Assembly: GCA_040222015.1 (NCBI GenBank)
Contig: JAVJWO010000059.1
Span: 1 to 12,703, forward strand
From: Coleofasciculus chthonoplastes F2-STO-03
GTDB taxonomy: Bacteria; Cyanobacteriota; Cyanobacteriia; Cyanobacteriales; Coleofasciculaceae
Direction of reading: 5' to 3'
Length of the DNA: 12,703 nt
A program made the position numbers and the translations under genes. The first letter of the stretch is position 1; every line of letters begins with the position of its first letter. Shown piece after piece: positions 1 to 7,430 of this stretch. A model generated the notes under the pieces. That model saw only the letters and a list, made by a program, of their open reading frames with translations, was not told where the DNA came from and made no database searches.

Positions 1-8
1 TCACATAC

Positions 9-185
9 AAATCCCGACCTCCCCACCTCATATTCCCAAAAAAAACCCGACCTACACACCTAAAAATACCATACAAAACCCGCCCTCCCCACCTCAAAAT
101 CCCAAACAAAACCCGCCCTCCCCACCTCAAAATCCCAAACAAAACCCGCCCTCCTCACCTCAAAATCAAAAACAAAACCCGCCCT
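9..185. repeat. 33-bp tandem array, about 5.4 copies, consensus AAAACCCGCCCTCCCCACCTCAAAATCCCAAAC
   Basis: Units start at 9, 42, 75, 108, 141 and 174 (period 33). Units at 75 and 108 are identical, units at 9 and 42 are degenerate, the last is partial. No unique spacers. Confidence 0.93.
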
Positions 186-234
186 GATCCCAACTAATTT
201 ATTGCAAGTTTCTTGGTGTTTTTTTGTCCAACGT

Positions 235-1254
235 TCAATCAATAAGTTCAGTCGATTTTACACAATGCATTCCCGCATCAGCAAACCGTTGAAACGCCGC
301 ATCAGCTTGTTCCGTAAAATCCGCACCGCCAGGAACCACCACTGGAGACGTACAATCGTCCAGTAAATAAACCTTCTCGGCTAACTTGGCATCTCTGGCT
401 TGAATTTCACCCAACAAGTTATCAACAGTCCAAGCCACACAATGACTCTTGGCTTGACCGGCAATAATTAATCTATCAAACTCTAACAATTTTGCCAGAA
501 ATGGTGTGTTATTTTGGGCAATAGGTTGGTCATTCTGGTCGAAAAGAACTTCCGGTTGGAGAACCGAGTAATTTTCAGTTACTGGATTACTCCCTTTCAT
601 TTCAAAATGGGTCTGACTTTGGCGAGCAACATTATGGAATAAACAAGCCTCTTCCACCGCAGAAACCAAGGCGTGACTAATTCCGCCCAGCATGGCATGG
701 TAGGGCCAGATAATTAATGGATATTTGCTATCACAATTGAGCGTCTTAGCATAATGCAGCGCATAATCTTGTAACCATTTCTCATCACCATGGCGAATCC
801 GAGGTACAACGGCTGGATTGATTTTCCACACGCCTTTTTCTACATCCTCCATAGAGATATTAGCCATTGCAGGTGGATGTTCTCCAGCATCGTTAATCCA
901 AAATATAGGATGAAAGATTTGCATCGCGGTATGGGTATCCATCGTCGCCGCAATTTCGGTGATGACTCCTAAATTGCGGTAGATAAATTCACACAATCTT
1001 ACATTATCATCAACCGCTCCCGTACCCGATTGACCACCGACAAATAATTCAAATTCAGGAATACAAAAGGTATTCTGAACATCGATTAGCAATAAACCAA
1101 TCCGGGTTTCATCTTCATGGGCGGGCTGGAGATGATGCTGTTTTGCCCAAGCTTCGGCTTGGTTGACCCGCTCTTGATAGGGAACACGCCAGACATCTCC
1201 AACGTGATTGGAGTTGAAATGGGAGGGGATGGGGAGTTGAGTATTATTACTCAT
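235..1254 (-). CDS. Cysteine hydrolase, isochorismatase/nicotinamidase (PncA-like) family
   Basis: About 339 aa. LLLIDVQNTF (catalytic Asp), TMDTH and WPYH (PncA-type metal ligands), EMKG (Lys), AGQAKSHCV (nucleophilic Cys). ATG at 1254 preferred; in-frame GTG at 1257 possible. Confidence 0.88.
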   Translation of the reverse strand: MSNNTQLPIPSHFNSNHVGDVWRVPYQERVNQAEAWAKQHHLQPAHEDETRIGLLLIDVQNTFCIPEFELFVGGQSGTGAVDDNVRLCEFIYRNLGVITEIAATMDTHTAMQIFHPIFWINDAGEHPPAMANISMEDVEKGVWKINPAVVPRIRHGDEKWLQDYALHYAKTLNCDSKYPLIIWPYHAMLGGISHALVSAVEEACLFHNVARQSQTHFEMKGSNPVTENYSVLQPEVLFDQNDQPIAQNNTPFLAKLLEFDRLIIAGQAKSHCVAWTVDNLLGEIQARDAKLAEKVYLLDDCTSPVVVPGGADFTEQADAAFQRFADAGMHCVKSTELID

Positions 1255-1408
1255 CACTAATCAATCCTGTTCACGAAAGCATCTGACAACTATACTATGG
1301 GTAATTAACTCACGTTCAGAGTCTGCCTCAAGACTGAGATATTGTTCTAGAGAGTATTGTTAAATTTTAGAAGAATTGGTGATAATCTCTATGGAGAAAG
1401 AATAGTTG

Positions 1409-2356
1409 ATGAAATCAGTTGCAATTAATCACTATGGTGGAACGGATGTCTTACACCTTATAGACTTGCCAACTCCATCCATCAAAACTAATGAGATATT
1501 GGTCAAAGTCCATGCTACCAGCGTTAATCCCATTGACTGGAAAATCAGACAGGGAATGTTGCAACTCTTAACTGGCTATAGCTTTCCTATGATTTTGGGA
1601 TTTGATATTTCTGGGGAAGTTGTCGAGGCGGGAACGGCTGTGACTCGGTTTCAACCCGGTGACCAAATCTATGCCTGTTTTGATAATCTCACGGGTGGTG
1701 CTTATACGGAGTATGCGGTTTTGTCGGAAAAAGCGGCTTGTCCAAAACCCGAAAAACTTTGCCACAAAGAAGCGGCGGCTGTTCCCTTAGCCGGACTCAC
1801 GGCGCTGCAAGCCTTGCGAGATGAGGGAAAAATCAAAACGGGGTACAGCGTGCTGATTAACGGCGCCTCGGGTGGTGTGGGTAGCTTTGCGGTACAAATT
1901 GCCAAGGCGTTTGCAACTCAGGTGACAGGGGTTTGTAGTGGTAAAAATAGTGAGTTCGTAAAACAATTGGGTGCTGACCGAGTGATTGACTATACTCAGC
2001 AGGATTTTACTAAGGATACTGCCAAGTACGATATTATTTTCGATGTGGTTGGAAATCAATCCTTCTGGAATTGTCAAGACTGTTTGCAACCCAATGGTGT
2101 CTATATTACGACTCAACCCTATCCGGTTAACTTCCTGGAGAGTTTTGTCACGGCGCTTCTGCCGGGGAAAAAAGCTAAAGTTGTGGTTGTCAAATCCAAT
2201 GGTTTGGATTTAAAGTCTCTCAAAGAACTGATTGAAGTTCAGAAAGTTCGCCCAGTCATTGCTCAAACCTATCCTCTCTCTGCGGTTGCTAAGGCGCATC
2301 AGGAGAGTGAACAAGGTCATGTTGTGGGTAAGTTGGTGATTATAGTTGAAAATTGA
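1409..2356 (+). CDS. NAD(P)-dependent MDR-family oxidoreductase (Zn-independent, quinone oxidoreductase/zeta-crystallin-like)
   Basis: SVNPIDWK; LGFDISG in place of the Zn-binding GHE; AAAVPLAGLTALQAL; INGASGGVG nucleotide loop; C-terminal GKLVI. GGAG at 1393-1396 precedes ATG 1409; TTG 1406 is an alternative start. Confidence 0.92.
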   Translation: MKSVAINHYGGTDVLHLIDLPTPSIKTNEILVKVHATSVNPIDWKIRQGMLQLLTGYSFPMILGFDISGEVVEAGTAVTRFQPGDQIYACFDNLTGGAYTEYAVLSEKAACPKPEKLCHKEAAAVPLAGLTALQALRDEGKIKTGYSVLINGASGGVGSFAVQIAKAFATQVTGVCSGKNSEFVKQLGADRVIDYTQQDFTKDTAKYDIIFDVVGNQSFWNCQDCLQPNGVYITTQPYPVNFLESFVTALLPGKKAKVVVVKSNGLDLKSLKELIEVQKVRPVIAQTYPLSAVAKAHQESEQGHVVGKLVIIVEN

Positions 2357-2395
2357 ATGTTTTGACTCTTCGCTGCGCTCGATGAAACCTGGTTT

Positions 2396-2462
2396 GTAGG
2401 GGCAGGTTTAGGGACTTTCTTTTCGCTATTGATGATAACGTTTGTGCAAAACCCGCCCTGAC
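2396..2462 (+). repeat. REP-like hairpin element, GGGCGGGTTT family, loop subfamily B
   Basis: Arms GTAGGGGCAGGTTT (2396-2409) and AAACCCGCCCTGAC (2449-2462) around a 39-bp loop. Confidence 0.85.
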
Positions 2463-2583
2463 TTAACCCTTACAGCACTTTCTAAGACGGTGTAGTACAG
2501 TAAATCTAGGAAAGCTCTGTTCTGCTCCTGTTTGGGTGTATCACATCGAGTCTGAAAACGCTGTATACCCCCTGCCCGGAAAA

Positions 2584-2644
2584 GGGCGGGTTTAGTCAGG
2601 TTAGTGGTTGGTATCAAAATGTTAGCTGTAAAACCCGCCCCTAC
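2584..2644 (-). repeat. REP-like hairpin element, GGGCGGGTTT family, loop similar to subfamily A
   Basis: Arms GGGCGGGTTT (2584-2593) and AAACCCGCCCCTAC (2631-2644) around a 37-bp loop. Confidence 0.85.
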
Positions 2645-2813
2645 ACGCCCATCTGTGTAATTCTTGAGAAAATGTTAATCTTTGCTTAACTATGCTAGGC
2701 TATAACAGAAAAAATCCTCGACTCTAGTAGCATTGCAGGAGATAGTTCTTGAGTAGTCTAGGCAAGAAGCGATTAGAAACCTCATCTCCTATCCAGTTGA
2801 ATCCCGATTGCTA

Positions 2814-2867
2814 GTTCGTAGTCGGCACTTTAGTGCAGCATCAGCGAAGATAGCGCTTACTACAAAC
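2814..2867. repeat. GTTCGTAGT...ACTACAAAC branched palindromic element
   Basis: Terminal inverted repeats 2814-2822 and 2859-2867 (8/9 match); internal stems GCAC-TTTA-GTGC and AGCG...CGCT; similar to 5590-5638. Confidence 0.7.
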
Positions 2868-2871
2868 TTTC

Positions 2872-4416
2872 TTAAGAAAACTTAGTGAGTAACCCTAAAA
2901 AGCGCTTTGTATTGGGTGTCAGCAGCGTGCGCCGATACGCATCAGCCGCTTTCTTAATCCCTTCGGCTTGCGTCGGATAAGGATGAATCGCACTACTCAG
3001 CTTACTCAACCCCACTTTCCCCACAATCGCTGTTGTCACTTCACTAATCATTTCCCCGGCATGAGAAGCCACGATTGTCGCTCCTAAAATGTTATCGGAA
3101 CCCTTCTGATGGTGGATTTTCACAAATCCCTCCTCTTCCCCATCCGCGATCGCACGATCTACCGTATTAAATGGTATCTTAATTGTACTCACCTTCATTC
3201 CCTTTTCCTGAGCTTCATCTTCATACATGGCGACATGGGCAATTTCAGGGTCAGTATAGGTTACCCAAGGCATGACTAAATCACTGAGTTTAGACTGCCC
3301 TAAACCAAAGGGAGAAAACAACGTATTTTTAATTACAATTCGTGCCGCTGCATCCGCTGCATGGGTGAATTTCCATTTCATGCAGATGTCACCAGCCGCA
3401 TAAATATTCGGATTCGTTGTTTGTAGATAATCATTAACTTTTATCCCTTTGCGGTGGTACTCCACGCCAACGGCGTCTAAATTCAACCCTTCCACATTCG
3501 GTGCACGCCCTGCACCGACTAAAATTTCGTCAACAATCGTGGACTCATCCTGACCATTACAGGTATAGTGCAGTAACTTACCTTCATCCATCTTGACTGC
3601 CCGTTTCATCTGGCAATCTAAAACTAAGCGAATACCTTCTTGTTCAAACTTATGCTGCACAATTTCTGCGGCGTCAGTATCTTCTTTATTTAAAATGTGA
3701 GAATGGCGATGGAAAAGAATCACCTCACAACCTAACCGACGGAATGCCTGCGCCAATTCACAGCCAATCGGTCCTCCGCCAATGACTGCCAGCCGTTTGG
3801 GGCGTTCGGTCAAGGAAAAGACAGTTTCATTGGTCAAAAATCCTGTCTCTTCTATGCCCTCAATTGATGGTCGTACAGCCCTAGCCCCCGTCGTAATTAC
3901 CGCTTTTTTAAACCGCAAAATTTTATCACCAACGGCAATGGTATTAGAATCTTGAAACGACCCTTCTCCTAAGAAAATATCAATATTATAGGTTTGTTTA
4001 AAGCGTTGGGCTGAATCATGATGACTAATTCCAGCCCGTAGCTTCCGCATCCGTTCCATGACGGCGGGAAAATCAATATCAATCTGTTCCGGAGGACGAA
4101 TTCCAAAGTCTCCCGCTGCTTTCATTTGGGCGACAACACGGGATGAGCGAATAATACATTTAGAGGGGACACATCCAACATTTAAACAATCCCCACCCAT
4201 GAGATGGCGTTCAATTAAGGCAACTTTTAAACCAATATCCATCCCAGCAGCACCGGCGGCGGTGACTAATCCCGCTGTTCCTGCACCAATTACCACTAGA
4301 TCATACCGCTCAGCGGGTTTGGGATTAACCCAATCGGGTGGATGAACATGGGAAACCAATTGCTGGTTATACTCGTCCATGGGTGGGACAATTACTCTCT
4401 CAGATGTTGATGTCAT
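2872..4416 (-). CDS. Class I pyridine nucleotide-disulfide oxidoreductase (MerA-like/LpdA-like, without the MerA C-terminal Cys pair)
   Basis: VIGAGTAG FAD loop, GGDCLNVGCVPSK redox disulfide, VIGGGPIGCE, IYAAGDI, HPYPTQAE; AAGGAG RBS upstream of ATG 4416. Confidence 0.93.
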   Translation of the reverse strand: MTSTSERVIVPPMDEYNQQLVSHVHPPDWVNPKPAERYDLVVIGAGTAGLVTAAGAAGMDIGLKVALIERHLMGGDCLNVGCVPSKCIIRSSRVVAQMKAAGDFGIRPPEQIDIDFPAVMERMRKLRAGISHHDSAQRFKQTYNIDIFLGEGSFQDSNTIAVGDKILRFKKAVITTGARAVRPSIEGIEETGFLTNETVFSLTERPKRLAVIGGGPIGCELAQAFRRLGCEVILFHRHSHILNKEDTDAAEIVQHKFEQEGIRLVLDCQMKRAVKMDEGKLLHYTCNGQDESTIVDEILVGAGRAPNVEGLNLDAVGVEYHRKGIKVNDYLQTTNPNIYAAGDICMKWKFTHAADAAARIVIKNTLFSPFGLGQSKLSDLVMPWVTYTDPEIAHVAMYEDEAQEKGMKVSTIKIPFNTVDRAIADGEEEGFVKIHHQKGSDNILGATIVASHAGEMISEVTTAIVGKVGLSKLSSAIHPYPTQAEGIKKAADAYRRTLLTPNTKRFLGLLTKFS

Positions 4417-4435
4417 CAGTTACTCCTTAATAGTG

Positions 4436-4449
4436 ATTGGGGATTGGGG
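4436..4449. repeat. STRR1-type heptamer, 2 copies (ATTGGGG; reverse complement CCCCAAT)
   Basis: ATTGGGG ATTGGGG read directly; matches cyanobacterial STRR1 CCCCA(A/G)T. Confidence 0.55.
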
Positions 4450-4483
4450 AAAAGGTGATTTTTTTTAGTCTCTCACTTTGATC

Positions 4484-4542
4484 GGGGCGGGTTTAGTTAC
4501 ATCTGGGTGACAAAAAAAGATAGTTGTAAAACCCGCCCCTAC
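4484..4542 (-). repeat. REP-like hairpin element, GGGCGGGTTT family, loop subfamily A
   Basis: Arms GGGGCGGGTTT (4484-4494) and AAACCCGCCCCTAC (4529-4542); the 34-bp loop matches the reverse complement of the loop at 11452-11486. Confidence 0.88.
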
Positions 4543-4574
4543 AGACTCAAATACCACGTCTAGAACATTCAAAA

Positions 4575-5360
4575 CTAATCAGAAACGCTTTCATCGAGAA
4601 CCACATCATCCGAGACTTTTTCATCTAAGGCTTTTTTAGCAACTTTGGTGACATATACAGTAACAGCAACGGTGGCAATTAATCCAATAATCCGAATTGT
4701 CCATTGCACCGCTGGATTAGTCGGTTGTGCTTCTGTCCCCACCATCGCCAGACTACCCGCTAAAGAACCAATATAAACATACATAATCGTTCCGGGAATC
4801 ATACCCACAGAACCAAAAAAGTAGTCTTTCAACGAAACCCCAGTTAATCCATAAGCGTAGTTTAATAAATTAAAGGGAAACACAGGCGACAGTCGGGTTA
4901 ATAGCACGATTTTAAATCCTTCCCCACCCACTGCATCGTCAATCGCTTTAAATTTTTCGTTCCCAGCAATTTTCTGCGCTACCCAACCCCTGGCTAAATA
5001 TCGCCCTACCAGGAAGGCGGCGGTTGCTCCCAAGGTTGCGCCAATGAACACATAGATAGAACCCAAAACGACACCAAAGACAACGCCCGCCCCTAAGGTG
5101 AGGATGGAACCGGGCAGGAATGCTACCGTGGCAATAATATAAAGTACCATAAACGCGATCGCACCAACTGGACCGAGGTCTTGAATCCACTGCAAGGCGT
5201 TGCGTAACCATTCTTGGGGATTGAATCCTGAACCCGTGGCTGATTCCTGGGCGAAGGCGGGATTGGCGGCAATAAGTAATGTTGTACCAACCACCAGCAG
5301 CGTGAATAGGGTTAGCTTGTATAGCTGTCTCTGGTGTCGGGGAAGGAATTGGCGTTTCAT
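4575..5360 (-). CDS. TVP38/TMEM64 (DedA superfamily, SNARE-associated) membrane protein
   Basis: FLPGSILTLGAGVVFG, GATLGATAAFLVGRY, LLTRLSPVFPFNLLNYAYG, GMIPGT motifs; several hydrophobic helices; GAGGAG RBS upstream. Confidence 0.92.
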   Translation of the reverse strand: MKRQFLPRHQRQLYKLTLFTLLVVGTTLLIAANPAFAQESATGSGFNPQEWLRNALQWIQDLGPVGAIAFMVLYIIATVAFLPGSILTLGAGVVFGVVLGSIYVFIGATLGATAAFLVGRYLARGWVAQKIAGNEKFKAIDDAVGGEGFKIVLLTRLSPVFPFNLLNYAYGLTGVSLKDYFFGSVGMIPGTIMYVYIGSLAGSLAMVGTEAQPTNPAVQWTIRIIGLIATVAVTVYVTKVAKKALDEKVSDDVVLDESVSD

Positions 5361-5589
5361 TCAGTTATCTCTCCTCTGTTGACCTATCTGATCAATCATG
5401 CGCCATCCCAGGTGCATCGTTATGATTATCCTATGCTGATACTCTGAGAATTCCCTTGTCCCCTTATTCATCTTTATATATTCCCTTACTCATGATCGGT
5501 GTTCTGATTCCTGTACTCTTGGCTCTAGAAAAATAATTAATCGGTAAAGTCCTAATAAAGGGCTTAACTTGAAGATCTAACATGGGTTC

Positions 5590-5638
5590 GTTCGTAGTAG
5601 GCACGCTTCGTGCCATAAAAGCTGGCATCGCCTACTAC
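5590..5638. repeat. GTTCGTAGT-family branched palindromic element, second copy
   Basis: Outer stem GTAGTAGGC (5594-5602)/GCCTACTAC (5630-5638); inner stems GGCACG-CTT-CGTGCC and TGCCA...TGGCA. Confidence 0.7.
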
Positions 5639-5870
5639 CACTCAATGCAGCCGAATGGGGAACTGCCTGTTGCGCCGAGTGCGATCGCGAGATTCATCCA
5701 TTCATACCAACTTTTGTTATAACATTAGCGAAAGGAAGAATCTCGCCTGATGCGTTGCTACCCTTCCTCAAACCATTTTGTATCGGAGTTCGGCTTTGGT
5801 GTAAATCTCACGTCTGAGCCAGACTTCTATACTTGGAGTAGAGAGTACAAAAATCTTTACAATAACAGCT

Positions 5871-7196
5871 ATGGCTCCCGATCCCAAGATAATGAATAGC
5901 GTCGAGCAGCTCGGCTATCGCGTCACCGTGGGTGACGTAGCGGCTAAGGCGGGATTGAATATCAATCTAGCCGAACGAGGATTACTAGCGCTAGCCTCCG
6001 ATGCAGGTGGACATTTGCAAGTCGCCGAGTCAGGTGAAATTGCCTACCTGTTCCCCAAAAACTTTCGGACAAACCTGCGAAACAAATTCCTCCGATTACG
6101 ATTGCAGGAATGGTGGTCAAAAATTTGGCGTGTCTTATTCTACCTGATTCGGATTTCCTTCGGGCTTCTCCTCTTACTTTCAATTGTCCTCATTTTTATC
6201 GCCATTTCGATTATCGTCATCAGTATCAATTCCAGCAGCGATAGTGATTCAGGTGGTGGCGGTAACGGGGATTCTAATCGAGGCGGCGGTATGTTTTTTA
6301 TGCCCCGCTTCTGGATTGGACCCGATATCTTTTGGTTTTTTGACCCCAGTTACGAACGCCATCGACAACGGCGCACCTCCTGGAATTCTGCTGAGAGTAA
6401 GCAGATGAATTTTCTGGAGTCAATTTTCTCATTCCTGTTTGGTGATGGTAATCCCAATGCGGATTTAGAAGAACGTCGCTGGCAAGAAGTTGGTACAGTA
6501 ATTCGCAATTCCGGCGGTGCAGTTACAGCGGAACAGATTGCTCCGTATTTGGATGATATTGGTACAGGCTATCAACGGGAATACGAGGATTATATGTTAC
6601 CCGTTCTCAGCCGTTTCAATGGGCGCCCAGAAGTTAGTCCCGATGGAGACATTATCTATCACTTCCCCGATTTACAGACAACTGCACAACAGCAACATCC
6701 TCAGCCTGTTCCCTCTTACCTGCAAGAACAGCCTTGGCGTTTTAGTGCGGCTACCAGTGGACAAAAGATTCTGGCAATTGGGTTAGGCGGAGTGAATATT
6801 GTCGGCGCGTTGATGCTGGGTTCTCTATTAAGAGGAGGCGAACTTGCTGCCCAGATAGGCGGTTTAGTGGCGTTTGTCGCCTCAATTTACTGGTTTTTAC
6901 TGGGGTACGGGATTGGGTTTTTAGCGATTCCTTTGATTCGTTATTTCTGGATTCAACGGAAAAATAGTAAAATCGAAGCCCGTAATCAGCAACGACAGCA
7001 GGAAACCTTAGCGCTGGCTCAAGCTGATGCCAATTTACAGAAAAAGCTGGTGTATGCCCAACAGTTTGCGGCGCAAAATGTGATTGGACAAGAGGATTTG
7101 GTGTATACCAGTGAACAGGATTTACTGGATCAAGATTTGCAACGCAAAGACCAAATTGATGCTGAGTGGCAACGCCGTTTAGAGTCGGGTTCTTAG
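5871..7196 (+). CDS. Conserved hypothetical membrane protein of cyanobacteria/plastids (resembles the Arabidopsis At5g03900 family, from recall)
   Basis: 441-aa ORF with N-terminal RVTVGDVAAKAGL, TM helix followed by a Gly/Ser linker, FLESIFSFLFGDGNPN, FNGRPEVSPDGDIIYHFPDLQ, and two C-terminal TM helices. Family assignment is from memory, not a search. Confidence 0.8.
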   Translation: MAPDPKIMNSVEQLGYRVTVGDVAAKAGLNINLAERGLLALASDAGGHLQVAESGEIAYLFPKNFRTNLRNKFLRLRLQEWWSKIWRVLFYLIRISFGLLLLLSIVLIFIAISIIVISINSSSDSDSGGGGNGDSNRGGGMFFMPRFWIGPDIFWFFDPSYERHRQRRTSWNSAESKQMNFLESIFSFLFGDGNPNADLEERRWQEVGTVIRNSGGAVTAEQIAPYLDDIGTGYQREYEDYMLPVLSRFNGRPEVSPDGDIIYHFPDLQTTAQQQHPQPVPSYLQEQPWRFSAATSGQKILAIGLGGVNIVGALMLGSLLRGGELAAQIGGLVAFVASIYWFLLGYGIGFLAIPLIRYFWIQRKNSKIEARNQQRQQETLALAQADANLQKKLVYAQQFAAQNVIGQEDLVYTSEQDLLDQDLQRKDQIDAEWQRRLESGS

Positions 7197-7224
7197 CAAG
7201 CCAGGGTGGGTTGTGCTGTTCAGT

Positions 7225-7327
7225 TAAGCTGTTCGGCATTTAAACTTTAATGTCAATAATGGCGAAATTATTGTAGTGTGAGCATCTTGCTCGCTACTAA
7301 TACCCAATTTAAATGCATGACAGCTTA
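7225..7327. mobile_element. MITE-like element A (103 bp, 20-bp TIRs, TA ends) with an internal GTAG hairpin
   Basis: TAAGCTGTTCGGCATTTAAA (7225-7244) versus the reverse complement of TTTAAATGCATGACAGCTTA (7308-7327): 17/20 match. Internal GTAGTGTGAGCATCTTGCTCGCTAC at 7273-7297. Confidence 0.65.
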
Positions 7328-7338
7328 TCGGTGGGAAA

Positions 7339-7430
7339 GGGCGGGTTTTGTTGTTCAGTTATTTCAGCAATAGCTGACTTTAGTCCCTAAACCCGCCCCG
7401 ACAATTGTCCCTAAACCCGCCCCGACAATT
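7339..7430 (-). repeat. REP-like hairpin element, GGGCGGGTTT family, loop subfamily B, with a duplicated right arm
   Basis: GGGCGGGTTT 7339-7348, 40-bp loop, AAACCCGCCCCGAC 7389-7402; perfect 24-bp tandem GTCCCTAAACCCGCCCCGACAATT at 7383-7406 and 7407-7430. Confidence 0.88.

Noticed and set aside
9..185. CRISPR array
   Set aside because: Units are contiguous near-identical 33-mers with no unique spacers, and there are no cas genes in the window
60..242. 60-aa ORF with RAGFVWDFEVG repeats
   Set aside because: TTG start with no RBS; it stays open only because the 33-bp repeat is a multiple of 3
1391..1405. In-frame mini-ORF MEKE-stop before the MDR gene (uORF or readthrough)
   Set aside because: Its GGAG is adequately explained as the Shine-Dalgarno sequence, and the MDR fold starts normally at MKSV
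2366..2389. CTTCGCTGCGCTCGATGAAAC as a solo copy of the 22-nt nested element
   Set aside because: Similarity is partial and needs a gap; too degenerate to call
2426..2617. 63-aa ORF; likewise 7364..7573 and 11303..11488
   Set aside because: They run through palindromic repeat elements and show no coding features
2872..4416. Gene symbol merA or lpdA
   Set aside because: No C-terminal Cys-Cys, NmerA domain or mer operon, and no 2-oxoacid dehydrogenase context
5415..5437. Fur-box-like GATAATCATAAC on the minus strand upstream of the DedA gene
   Set aside because: Only a partial match, and equally explained as a -10 element
5715..5724. TGTTATAACA palindrome as an operator
   Set aside because: A single 10-bp AT-rich palindrome can occur by chance; it does not fit NtcA GTA-N8-TAC
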